From NCBI GenBank assembly GCA_050084985.1, contig JBITNC010000001.1, positions 136,772,001 to 136,836,000 of the forward strand: DNA of 64,000 nucleotides, written 5' to 3'. Below, in pieces: positions 14,361 to 27,155 of the stretch; position 1 is the stretch's first letter, and each line of letters opens with the position of its first letter. A program made the position numbers and the translations under genes. Under the pieces are notes generated by a model that was not told the origin of the DNA, searched no databases, and saw only the letters and a program-made list of their open reading frames with translations. Source of the DNA: Nageia nagi. Its lineage: Eukaryota; Plantae; Pinophyta.

Positions 14361-16157
14361 TCTAAAAAACTTATTTCAAAGTTACTTTTGTATCATTTGA
14401 TAATCCCCTGTGGTTATGTGATCCTCTCTAATTCAAACAATCATAAATTCTAATATTGTGTCCCTTGTATGGCCTATAAAAAGTTCTTGGTAAGTGGTTA
14501 GAGATACTGAGGTCACCATAGGAGACTCTTTATCGAGGATGGGTGCTTTGGTGTTCAATTGTTATTTAATAGAAGCTATTAAGGCTTGATAAGTTCTCAG
14601 AGTTATGTTCTCTTATTCTTTTGAGGTCTCTTCTTTAGTAAACATTTTAGTGAATAAAGGGGGTTAGGAGGTGCTACTCCTCCTTCTCCCTCTTGGTTGG
14701 ACTTAAGAGTGTTAGGATCATCATATGTTATAGCATCCCTATCTCTGAGTTCATTATTTTTAAGGGGGTGAGGCTCATCTTGACGATGTATTTTAGATGT
14801 TTGAGATATACTTGCAACCATTATGGTCCAACATACAATAAATAATTTATCTAAAATAAGCTCAAACATTACTCCTACAACATAGCTTCACTTTGCAATG
14901 TGATTTAATAATGAGATTTAGCTCATTGATGTTTGTTCTAAGGTCTCTATTTTTATGTATTTAATAAATCAAATAAAAGACTATCCACCCCAACATTCAT
15001 ATCCTTTATTATCTTGATCTTAGATGATACAAACAAGTGTTTTATTAGTGTATATTATTCATATAAAATAATCCCTCAATATTTATTAGCCTTAATGTGA
15101 TTATTCATTTCAAGTTTAAGTGCAGTTAATTTCCTTTTACCTTTGAGGGGAATTTTTTAAATGAGATTGATTCCCCCAATTCCTGATCATAAATCCTTTT
15201 TGTAGCCTTTCAGCATAGATAGGAAGATATAAGAGAAAGGTTTCTTTAAAATAGGTTCATTACTACTTTAATAAGAATACAATTTTTGTATTTAATATGG
15301 GTTCCTTTACTCCTCTTATCTGTATTGCAAAGGGAGAGCATAATAGGCTTTTAAAGAGTCATTAATATGTCTTTGTATGCATCTCCCTAAATTTATTTAC
15401 CAAATATAATGACCCTAATCTACCTTATAACCCACATTCATTAATCCTTTAAAGTTATAGTTTGTTCCCAATTAATGTAATTCATTTCCTATTCCATTGG
15501 GGAAGTATTTAAATGAGGTAAATTCCTTTATCAATCTTATATCAACAATGTTCAATCAACTTCCATTAGGGAGGAGTGGATAATGCACATAGAATAATTA
15601 AAGTGATATACATTATTGGATTAATGATTATTTATTCTTATTAAATGTGGAGCTCATTTCCTCTTCCCTCAAGTCTTCTTTGATCAACTCAGATCACCTT
15701 TTGGTACAAAGGGAGAGCATAAAAAGGCTTGTTTGGAAGTGCTTTAATGTATTTTTATAGGTTCTAAATCTAAACAAAGTGTAAAATAAATAATTCCTTC
15801 ACCATAGAAGTAATAAATATGATCTTTTAAAAGCTATTCCTAATTCTTATTCCTTGTCCCAAGGCAAAATAAATCACACATAAAGTTATTTTCATTTTTA
15901 GAAATGAAATGTGATTTATACTACAAAATTCAAGTACACAACTGAAGTGTACCTCTATCAATTTTGTAGATGCTCTTTATGTTTTCCTAATGGTTTTATT
16001 GAAAGGCCAACAATTCTGATATAATAATCACACATAAAAAACACACAACAAAACAAATAAACTAAGTTAGCAATTTATTCCACAAGATGTAAACAATTAA
16101 AGAGAATGATAGAAATCATGAAACAATACTCCCTTAGTCTCATTTACTTGCAAGGGG

Positions 16158-16174
16158 CCCTCCTTCTAGCACTA
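16158..16174 (-). promoter_or_regulatory. Primer-binding site of element E, tRNA-Asn-like
   Basis: Plus strand CCCTCCTTCTAGCACTA versus recalled plant tRNA-Asn 3' end CCCTCCTTCTAGCGCCA (15/17); 3 nt from the LTR edge. Confidence 0.8.
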
Positions 16175-16177
16175 AGG

Positions 16178-17604
16178 TGTACCACCCAAAATGCAACCCA
16201 AATGCAATTGAGCAAGATATTTTATTCAACACAAAAATCTAATTACATTCAATAGTAGTACATTGAGATACCCTAACAAATAAAGCTAGATCTTGGTACA
16301 AATAAATTTGAGATGAAAAAAAATGATTTTTTTCGTATAATTGAATAGATTATTGGCAATCCTATAAGATCATTAATGTTCATTAGAAATCATTCTCATT
16401 CAACAAATATCATTATCAATTCTATATACTCCTAAAGTTTTCTTCAAATACAAAGTTTCTTCTTCATGCATGCTCACTATAACAAATTCCTATAACTTAC
16501 CCTATCTATGAGTGGACCCTACACACATAGAAAAAGATAGAACATCAAATGTACATATTACATACAATAGAAATTGAATGAGATATGAGTATATAATAAA
16601 CCAATAATGTAAGCAATACACACTTTAATAATGTTTTAATACTTCAAAAATATATTTGAGGATATCAAGAATCAAACCAACAACATTTTTTTTTCATTCA
16701 AAAAGGTCCCTTATTTCAAAATCAAACCTAGTATTTATAAGTTTTCATGGGGTTCCTACTTACCATATTTGAGTAGATTATACTAAACTATTCTTAACCA
16801 TTTCATAGCTAAAACTTGCATAACATTTTATCATTATTGTTGGTTCAGTTGGGTTCATTCAAGGAAAAGAATCCATGTAGTTTCCTTTTATATTTTATCT
16901 GATTTTAATTTTAATGGAAATTATTAATGTTTCTATAATATCAATGATGATCTATAATAGTCACTGATGACTGTAATAAATCAAAAATGTTTTTCAATAA
17001 AAATTTTCTTTTTAAGGTTTTTCAAGGCTTTAGGTAAATAAGGTCATTTTTACATGTCTACATTCTTAACTGGTTATTCTTTTGCCATTTTTTTCTCATG
17101 GGTTCTAGCTCATTGTTGTGCCTTTGTAATAACTATTAAAATTAATTTCTACATATATTTCTTTAAAATCCTTGGAATATTGAGATTTCAATGATCATGA
17201 TTCTCCTCCAAAGGCATTATTTTCACCCTTTCTTCTTGCTACTATTAATAAGATTTACCTTCTTTGATCTTGTTCTATTTTTCACTTCCATCATTTCCTC
17301 TTTGGTATTTTTATCTTTAGGATTTTAGGCTCTTGTCCTCCTCTTATTTTTACCCTACCTCCTTTTAATTTCCAATAGGAGGTCAATAATTTCCTTAACC
17401 TTAATTTTTGTATGAGTTTTCTAACTACCCTCCCCACCTTTTATCCCTACTACATTCACCTTTGCTTCCCTCTCCTTCACTATTTTATCCTCATGATTTC
17501 TTCTACTAGAAGTGGCATTTCTCCCTCTTCCCAAGATCCTCTGAGGTTTCTTGGTCAAGGCCACTTCATACACAATCTTAATAATCAATTGATCTAGAGG
17601 TACA
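16178..17604 (-). repeat. 5' LTR of element E (~1427 bp)
   Basis: Termini TGTACC...GGTACA (6 bp inverted repeat). The PBS adjoins on the left and host element A sequence resumes on the right. Partner LTR is not in the window. Confidence 0.7.
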
Positions 17605-18152
17605 CTATTTGCCTTGCCCTTGCACTTATTAATTGAGATTTCTAAAGAATTCATAATGAAAAATGGAAAGTTTACTATCTTGTCACCTTTGAGCCTGAAA
17701 TGGTTTAATAATATTTTCTATTTCAATGTTAGCTAAATATTTATCTAACCTTTTATCTTTGATGACTTTTTTCATATGAAATTCCACATCATAATGCAGC
17801 AATTTAGTCATCCACTTTGCAAGCCTCTTAGACGATTTTACTTGTGTAAATACATATTTTATTATAATGAAAGGCATGTGAACATTTACCATATTTGTTC
17901 CAAATATATGATTGAAATTTTCTAGAGATTTATTCATATCAAAGACATATTTTTCTACCATGGTATAGTCAAGTTTAGCATCTTTGATAATAGCACTCAT
18001 GAAAGACATTGGGATCTCCACTTTTTTTTTCTAAGATAAGACTACAACAACTATGTATTTTGAAGCATATACAAACATATTAAAAGGTTTGGAGTGATCA
18101 CAACTTACTAGTGCATGTGCATAAATAATTTCTCATTTTATTTCCTTCAAAG
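17605..18152 (-). pseudogene. RNase H region of element A
   Basis: ORF 17683-18021: YTMVEK...RLAKWMTKLLHYDVEF...KVIK. Confidence 0.85.
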
Positions 18153-18856
18153 TGTTACGATCCACTATATAAAAAATAAAGTTGATATTGGGAAATTATT
18201 CTACTCTAATCATAAAAGAACCATTAAATAATAAGTTCATTAAAATATTATGATGACAAAACATGTAATGTGGTTTACCTAATATAGGCTACATCTATGA
18301 ATAATATTCAATCCTTGATTACTTATTATTCTAAGCCACCAAGGAAGTGACTAATAGCCAAACCATTATTCTTTCCTCTTAGATTACAAAAAAAAATCAT
18401 TACAAAAATAGCCTCTCCAAAGGATTTACCTCATTTTTAATACCTTAACCCTATGCAAATTTCTAGTTCATATTATGAAAACCATGAACTCTACAATAAA
18501 TAACCCATCTATATAAATATCCATACATTCTACTTTTCACTCACTAATGGATATTCTATAATCAATAAATTCATCATACATAGAAACATCAAGTTATAAA
18601 CTTGGAATAACCAAAAATGAGTTTCCAAATCTCAAAAATGAGCTTTCCCATATTTGGTTTCTAATTGGCCATCATCAAATTGATTGGGTTTATCATATCT
18701 TCTACCACTGAAGCAACTACACTAATAAATTAGTTGACTAGTGTAATCGACCATCAATCAACTGATTTTTCATGTAGATTGGTCTTGTGTATACCAATTA
18801 TAAAATAGAGAGCTGAAAATGTAACTTAACCAAAAGTTAGGTTTCAATTCCTAATA
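18153..18856 (-). repeat. Copia 3' LTR (~704 bp)
   Basis: Colinear with 20855-21559; TGTTA...TAATA. Confidence 0.93.
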
Positions 18857-20854
18857 ATCTCCCACTTGGAGACTAATATATTGTAATATCCTACAACCTT
18901 ATATCTTTAGATCTAAATATTCTCAACATGATCTTTATTACTCAATATCAATTAAAATTGAGCATAAGCCCAATTTTTCCTTTGCAAACACCTTCGCAAC
19001 CTTTGCCAAAAATCCTTCATCTAGATTTTCCAACACCCATTAGTTATAATTTCCACTCCATGGAAAATACCATCTTTTTATGTAAACAATTTCTCAAGAC
19101 CCTCCTTTTCCAATATGTGATTTCTATCTTGATCATCTTCCTTCATGTTCTTCTTGCATGCATACAAACTATGCAAATATTTCATACCTTTAGTTAACTT
19201 AACCAAATCACATTGGTATTGCACTAAGGAATTTACCTCCTTATCCATTTCAAGCTCCCACTTCTTCCTATATTCCTTCTGCAAACACTTACCACTATCA
19301 ATATACAACACATAAGAAACTTTGGAGAAATACTAACTTACCCTTTTTAATTCTCTAACATAGATCCTTTAGGAGAATTTTTTTATCATGATGTTGAAAG
19401 CCTCCTTATGCCTTTGGTATCTATATATTCCTTTTATTTTCTTTAGAAACACTCTTTCCATTCAAGAGGAATCTCAACCTCTTATTCTTTTTGTAAAACC
19501 TCACTTCACTCTCTATCCTAAGTCCAAACTTGTGATTTCTCATGACTACATTACCACCTTTGGAAGCTAAATATATTGTGAGACTAGATGTGTTAGTAAG
19601 AAAATATAGTGTACCAATAATCTTACCTCTTATAACAACCATGGAACCCTTAATAACCTTACACTCTTTATTTTTGAATATTATCATCTAACCCTCACCA
19701 TCAAGCTTATTTGTTGAAATGAGATTTCTCTTCAAATCAAGAATGTGCCTCATCTCATTAAGCACTTGTCAATTTATTTTAAGCATATTTCTCATCCCAT
19801 CAATCCTACATGGTATACCATTACCAAATAATACTTATCCAAAATCTCCTTTAATATATTATATAAAATATTTCTTATTAGAAGTGGTATGAAAAGAAGC
19901 ACCTAAATCTATAATCCAATAATCAATATTCATGTCAAGAGATAATATCAAAGCATCTTATAAAATATCACAAGCTAAATTATCCTCCTGATCTTTACCT
20001 TGATTCTCATTGCTTTCTTTCTCATCTTGTATCTTATACCTACACTCTCCCTTCAAGTGTCCTTTCTTCTCATAATACTACCACTCTAGATTACCTTTCC
20101 TTTAGAGTTTCCCTATAATTTTCCTTGGTTTTGATTAGTGGCTTTGTCTCTGTATCTTATCTTATCAATAGTTAGTGCACTACAATTCCTTGATGATGCA
20201 CCCATGGATTTATTCCTCATAAACTCACTTAGAATAATGCCCACCACATCATCAAATGTTAACTTGTTACAACTTGAAGCAGAATAACTAACTACCATTA
20301 CCAAGTTATTCCAACTTTTTGGGAATAAACACAATATCAACAAGGCATTTACTTAATAATTTAAATCTAATCCCATTGAATTAAATTTATTAGTAACATT
20401 ATTAAATTCATTTAAGTGGTCCAAAATAGAATCATATTCTCCCATTTGTATATTAAATAATATTTTTATGAGAACTACCTTATTTGAGGTTGAGGGTTTA
20501 TTTTTCATACAATCTGGCCAACTTGTCCATGACATCTTTCATTTTTTATTAAATATGTTGAAGGAAATCAAAGATCCCAAACATATCCTCATCATGCCTA
20601 ATTTATTTTTATCAAGAAGAGTCCACTCCTCATATAACATAGCTAATGGTTTCTTTGTATTACCCTCATGTGGTAGAAAAATATATTTTTGGTAGAAGTA
20701 TTCACCCATATGCATATTTTAAAATTGAAACTTTTGGCCATTAAATATTTCCTCCCTAAACCTCCTTACTTCTACCATTTCTCCCACTTGATCCAAAAAC
20801 CCTTTTTTCTTTTCTATTGAGTACCCAAACAAATAATAAAGCTCTGATACCAAT

Positions 20855-21559
20855 TGTTAGGATCCACTATATAAAAATAAAGTTGAGATTGAGTAATTAT
20901 TCTACTATAATCCTAAAATAAGCATTAGAAAATAAGTTTATTAAAATAAGAGATGAAAATGGGATGTAATATGGTTCACCCAATGTAGGCTACATACATA
21001 GAGAATATTCACTTCTTGATTACTTATCACTCCAAGCCACCAAGGGAAATAACTACTAGCAAAGCCAATGTTCCTTCCTCTTGTATTACAAATAATTCCA
21101 CCTAAAAACAATAGTCTCTTTCTAATGTATTTACCTCCTTTTATATTCCTCAACCCATATGAATTTCTAGTTCATATTTCCAAAATCATTAATTATATAT
21201 TAAATAGTCCATCTCTATATAGATCCATACATTATAGTTTTCACATACTACTAGATATTTTACAACTAAGAAATTTTTCATACATAGAAACATCAAGTTC
21301 TAAACTTGGAAGAGTCATAAACAAGATTCCAAAAATAAAAAATGGGATTTCTTGCTCTAACTTTTTATCAATGACCATTATATTAATTGGTTCTATTAGA
21401 TTAATCACTAGGGGACCAACTACATTAATTGGCTAGCTAATTGGCATGATTGGTTATCAACTGATCAATTGATCATACAGATTGGTCCTATGCATGCCGA
21501 TTATGAAATAGAGAGATGAAAATATGACTTAGCCAAAAATTAGGCTTCAATTCCTAACA
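20855..21559 (-). repeat. Copia 5' LTR (~705 bp)
   Basis: TGTTAGGA...TCCTAACA; adjacent Met PBS. Confidence 0.93.
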
Positions 21560-21967
21560 AAAACCCTTCAGGTTCTCTTTATTCCACTTGATTTCCCCAT
21601 CCTTCTTTATTATTTTATTTATTAGAGTTGATATATTTGTAAATTTAGGTATTAGTTTTATGATAAAGTTGATTTTACCAAAGAAATATCTAACTCCTTC
21701 CAAATTTTTAGGTGGCCATGTGTTAGCAATGGCTTTCACTCTCTCAATATCTATCCTTATTCCTTCCTTAGAGACTATTTTCCAATAATTTTTTTTATGA
21801 TACTTCAAATACATATTTATTTATAATTAATGAGATACCATATTCCCTACATCTCTTGAAAACCATATCAAGATGCTTCAAATGATCATCAAGCTCTCTA
21901 ATAAGATCATCAAGATAGACCACTATGATTTTGAACATCAAATTATTGAAAGCAAAATCTATTGCTC
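21560..21967 (-). pseudogene. RT core fragment of element A (YLDD at 21906-21917)
   Basis: KIIVVYLDD...HLKHLDMVFKRCREYGISL...IVSKEGIRIDIERVKAI...FFGKINF. Confidence 0.9.
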
Positions 21968-22647
21968 CTTTTAAATTTGAATATATGTGGTTGAATCATG
22001 AAAAATTTAAAGAAAATTTGATAGAGTGGTGGTCAATTAGAGTGAAAGGGACTACTATGTTCAGACTATCTCAAAAACTAAAAGAGGTTAAGAAGAACAT
22101 TAAAATGTGGAATAAGGAAGTCTTCCTAAATGTAAAACTAAGGAAGGAATAGATAAAGGAGAAGTTAGAAGAAGTGAATAGGAAGTACTAAATAAGGGAA
22201 GAATAAAGGACATAGATAGCAAGGAGAAAGAACTCCTAATGGAGTACTATAATACAGTCACTCAAAAGGAGATTCATTAGAAATAGAAGGATATAATCTC
22301 TTAGCTACAAAAAGGGGATAGGAACATGAGGTTTTTTAATCTTGTAACTTTGAACAAAAGGAGTGCTAACAAAATATTCAAGCGAAGAAGAGCTAATTGA
22401 ATCATAACTTTTGAGGAGGAGGAAATCAAAGAGGATATTGGAGGATTTAATAAAAAATATTTTGTGTACAAAATTAAGACTCAATGATAGGTTGGGTAGG
22501 TAAATTTGGTAAGTGATTCTTAAAGTTGTTACTCCAAAATGAATGGGAGGTTAGAGGAATAGGTTACTAAAAAGAAGATAAATAAGGTGGTAAACCTAAT
22601 GGATGAGCATAAATCATTAGATTTGAAAAAAAATTCAATTTATTTTT

Positions 22648-23833
22648 TGTGACATCCCCCTTCCATTACTATACTTAATTTTGGAATCCAATGGATTCCA
22701 CCTTTATATTATATTTAATTATTTAATTGTGCTTTTAAGTTAGTACTTGGGATAAAAGACTTAAAGGGTCATTGGACCCCATTGTGAGCTCCAAGTGGGA
22801 TATCTCCCTCTTATGTGTAGATTAAAGTGTTTTAATGCACTTGGAGATCTTGATACATGATTGTAGGAATCCCAAGGTATATTTAGCACTTAATGGATGG
22901 ATGAGCATGTAATATCCTCAACATTGAGTTTGTGAACACTTGTATACATGTGCTAGCCTTGGGGAGACTTCTAGAGACCCATGCTAATCCATGACATCTA
23001 TTTTCCTCCTACATGCCCACACATGCCTCCTAGACCTCCACATGCATTCTTGGACCCACGTGGAATATGAGAGAGACCTAGATACCCATGTTGATCCTAG
23101 AATGAATCCTAAGTACCAAAATTGGGACATGAGGGGATTAGATGATGATATTGAGATGCAATATAGGAAAGCTATATTATCCCTTGGATCCTTATTTCTA
23201 GAAACATATATTATTAATTATACACTTACTATCCATAGGATAGAAGTCTTAGTGTAGCGTTAAGCAATACCCCTAGGTGGAGCATCTAGGAGGATTACCA
23301 GGCTAAGGGATCCTATTAGTCTATGAATTTGGTGTAGCATCCTACCTATTAGTGGTATTTTAAGGTTGTGATTATACCTTTAATAATTTCTAAGGTTTGA
23401 GAAGGGCTCCTTTCGTGGAGAGGATTTAGATTCTGAGGAAGCAAGATTTTCCCACACATCATCCATCTATCCAATAGTGAGAGACACACATTATGCTCTA
23501 CTTGGCTCCTTAAAGGCCACCATCCATACCTAGGGGCTTAGAATTGTATTATTGCTCATTGATTATCTTTTATACAATCATTGGATATTTGGATCTCAGT
23601 ATTTGTCATATGTGTGCTTTTATATTGGAACATTATAGTGTATTTTCTATTTCTTGCATGTTATAGCCATATGTTGGCATTATAAGGTTGTGCATGTTGT
23701 TATCTATTAGTCTTGGTTAGATATTGGCATTATTACATTGTTCAAACTTAATTTGGATTCCCTAAGTTAGATATTGGAGCATACTTATGTACATTTGATT
23801 AAATTATACTAAAATTGCATTTAGTCTTTTACA
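22648..23833 (+). repeat. 5' LTR of element B (~1186 bp)
   Basis: TGTGACATCC...TTTTACA; colinear with 39190-40380. Confidence 0.93.
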
Positions 23834-25669
23834 ATGATATCAAAGCTTGGATTTAGCCAACCTGTGAAGGATATCATCAGTTCATCATTACTACACTAGG
23901 TCCACTATCAAAAAGGAGATGACATCCACAAGGAAGAGTAGAAAGTTGTAACATAAAGAGACCCTCTTAGGACTTCCCAAGAAGAGGATCATTAGTCATA
24001 GATGAATAAAGTTTTAAATGAGGGCAATTCTAGTGATGAGAATGATGCACCAAGAGTGAAGACTACATATAAAAAAAAAGAGAAGCCCTACTACGACTCA
24101 AGAATCCATAATTGAGAGGCAATTGAATGAGCTCATTTAGGCCATCCATAAAATTATGGGAGTTATCACTACCATATAGAAGCAAATGAACATCATCCAC
24201 AAATAACTTAGAGGTCAAGAAGAGCCAAAGAGTCACATTAGCCCCCCACATCCTATCTCATATGACGTAAAGGAGCCATAAGAGGATTACATAGCATATC
24301 AAGATATGAGTATGAGGGGATCTAATAATTTACAAGATAGAGAGTCTACTCACCATGGATCCATGGGTCATCCAAAACCCACATATTTGAGATCCCACTC
24401 ACATAGAGCTTCTCAAGGGACTAACCCTCCCATAAGGAGGTTCCTAGAGGAGGATGTTGGGAAGATGGAGGAGTAGCCCACTATCCCCAAGCCTTTCAAA
24501 ACCATGTTTTACAAGAAGTTTGCAGATGAGGCAAAGAATAGGGTTCCTAGTTTACTTGAGCTTAATCAAATTTTTAGGAAGTACTAGATCTAGGATTAAA
24601 GAGAGACATAAACTTCAATAGCTATGTAAATATCCTAGGGTTGTAGGGAAGTAGTTCACACAATCCACATACTTTGAATAGCTCATGGGAAGATAAGAGA
24701 TACTTGCAATAAAATATCAATAAGATTTAGGTACTATTGTATGATGGTAAGAGAATGATGGTTAGGTCTTGGCTACATCAGCTATATGCCTACTTCACCT
24801 TAAGCCCAAATATGGTTAAAGAGGATGCAATTTACTCTACAATGCTACACTTTGAGGGTGATGCCATTGAATGGTGGAAAAATGGAGTAATCATCTAAGA
24901 TTACTCAAACATCACCTCTTTCAATGAGTTTACTAGATAGTTTATGAAGAGGTTCAAGAGAAAAAGGGAGAATGGTTACTTTTGAGACTTAACATCTTTG
25001 AGATAGCATGGATTCATGGATGAATATATATATATTTCAGAACATTACATTCATGATTCATCATATTCTTGAGGAACAGTTGATATTCCTCTTCATAGAG
25101 GATTTATGGATCCATTACAAGGGATGGTCAAGGTATCATCACCAAGGAATCTTGATGATACTATCAGGGCTACATAAAACTTGGAGCCAATCATAAAATC
25201 CCTCAAGGGAGGGCAAATGTACAAGGGGTTGATCATATAGAAGACCTTTGCTAAGAATAAGGAGCCTAGTCGATCCAAATCCTTTCCCCCACCCTAAACA
25301 AAGTAGTTGGGTGCAACTACTCAAAGGATGTTGAGAGAGGAAAGCAAGTGTTTCTATTGTAAGAAGAATTTGGAGCTAGGGTATCCTTGTCAAGGAAAGT
25401 ATAGGTGCACTACATTAAGATATTTTTTGATGAGGAGATGGATGATTCAAATTTGGATCTTAGCATTGAAATGTTGGATTAGAAAGCACCCAAGGTGAGG
25501 ACACATTGGGGAGTATGATCTCTTCACTCCATGGGGTGAATAAGTACCTCACACTAAAGGTGGTGGGGAAAGCAGGTGGATAGGATGTGATGGTATTTAT
25601 CAATCTAAAGAATCTAAATACTAAGGGATGCAAGGGGTTTAGAGTTTCCAAAACCAATGGAAAACTTAC

Positions 25670-26832
25670 TGTATATCTATACATAATAAATTCTTTAATA
25701 AAGCCCCGATGTACTTTAATTTCAATCATGAGTTCATTTTAAGATCCTTGAGAGTTTTTCTAAAGCAAATAAAGCATGTCGGAGCAAAATGATGATGTCA
25801 TGGAAGAAAGGATAGTCACAGTTTTGGTAAAGATCGAGTTTCGGAGATGGTGAGGTTAGCAAGGGGTAATTGAAAAGTTAGAGTCAATGAATAAAGTGCA
25901 CCAGAGTGAAATGATGACATCATAAAAGAAAGGATAATCGCAGTTTTGGAAAAGACTAGGTTTTGGAGGAAGTGAGGTCAGCAAGAGATAATTGAAGAGC
26001 CGAAGTTCGTAAATTAAGTGTTCCAAAAGTAAAGTGTTCTAGAATAAAATGATGATGTCACAAAGGAAAAGATAGTCACATTTTTAGCAAGAAATAGATC
26101 CTAGAGGAGGTGATACCTACAAAATGCAGAATCTTAGTTTTGAGAAGACGTTACCTTCCATGACCTTCTCAATTTTGTAACATTCGGACAAGTGGCATAT
26201 ATAGATGATGATAGTTAGAAGTGGCCAGAATCTTGAGGCTATTTTTTGTAACCGTTCTATTTTCATTTTCTTGTAACTATTATTTTTTCAATATAAGTGT
26301 ATGAAAATAAAGTGAAGAGAGGTCGAAAGCCCTAGTTTTGCTCTTTACATTTGTTCTCTAAGATCGATAGTTTTTATCAGTAATATGATATCATCTTGAC
26401 CTTTCTTATCTAGCACTTGTAATTGTTATCCTTAATTAGGTTACATTATGGTAGCTTGGCATTTTTCCTTAATGATAATTATGATCTGTTAGCATAATTG
26501 TGTCTACATACATGGTAGAGGAAAGCTGGAAAACTACTAGAGAGTGAGAGCTTGTACTGTAGCTGCTACACTAGATTCAGGCCAAGGTTTCACACCCTAT
26601 GAAAGCCTATGCTAAACTAGTGATTCACCTTTACTTTCTCTCTTGTTACCCTAAGCCCTTTGCTTAAATTCTTTGCACTCTACTCCTTTTATTTTCTTTC
26701 TTGTTACTTCTCTTATACCTAATAGATAAGGAATCGGCCTTCTCTGGAGATCAGACTATCACCATAGTCTGTTCTTGATTTACTTTGGTTGAGATTGTTC
26801 ATGGCACATATATTACTCAATCCTAATCAATA
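25670..26832 (+). repeat. 5' LTR of element C (1163 bp), with three ~120-140 bp internal repeats
   Basis: Starts TGTATATCTATACA and ends TCAATA (CA>TA). The 3' copy lacks ~87 bp corresponding to ~26221-26305. Confidence 0.95.
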
Positions 26833-26843
26833 GTATTTCTTTT

Positions 26844-26892
26844 TGGCATGCCTGGTGGGACACAAAGAAACTTATTGGTGACTCTGCTGAAG
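26844..26892 (+). promoter_or_regulatory. Two tandem primer-binding-site-like motifs, both tRNA-Arg-like
   Basis: TGGCATGCCTGGTGGGAC (26844-26861) and TGGTGACTCTGCTGAAG (26876-26892). Confidence 0.75.
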
Positions 26893-27155
26893 CACTATCT
26901 ATGGTATGTATTAAAGTATATTGTTTGTAAATATCATATGTGCTTTTGAACCTTTTATTTTCTTTTGCAATCTAGAGTTTATGTGGACTAGATCTAGAAC
27001 CAAAGTAGCAAAAGAAGCACTAGATTTTAGAATGTTTGATGCTCCTAAGAGAAAGACCTTGATCAAGTCCAAGTCTCTGAATAGTATCAGCACCCTAAAA
27101 TCCTTTACCAAGCTAGAACCATTCAATCTTCACACCAGAAATACCTCTCCTAAAA

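Larger units (their letters stand above)
1..17604 (-). mobile_element. Element E: Ty3/Gypsy Tat-clade LTR retrotransposon, Ogre/Retand-type order GAG-PROT-RT-RH-aRH-INT; 3' end lies left of the window
   Basis: 5' LTR 16178-17604, PBS 16158-16174, ~1.8 kb leader, decayed gag-pol ~14360-6450, long 3' region. That 1-6450 belongs to the element is inferred because no 3' LTR is visible. Confidence 0.8.
18153..21559 (-). mobile_element. Internally deleted Ty1/Copia element (3.4 kb, Tnt1/Tork-like)
   Basis: LTRs 18153-18856 and 20855-21559; PBS GCTCTGATACCA (20841-20852, tRNA-iMet); PPT AGTCTCCAAGTGGGAGAT (18857-18874); gag LDHLNEFN and LFPKSWNNLV; protease WIIDLGASFH; pre-integrase RGKIIGTLY; short RT start only. 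TSD is eroded (CAAAG/AAAAC), but removing the element restores the host frame. Confidence 0.93.

Noticed and set aside
15140-15745. Short degenerate repeats (CAAAGGGAGAGCATAA) in the leader of element E as a structured array
   Set aside because: Only two clear copies and no regular period; too weak to call.
21925-22152. ORF as a single LINE protein start
   Set aside because: It is chimeric: the first ~14 codons are the antisense of element A RT, and LINE sequence begins at ~21968.
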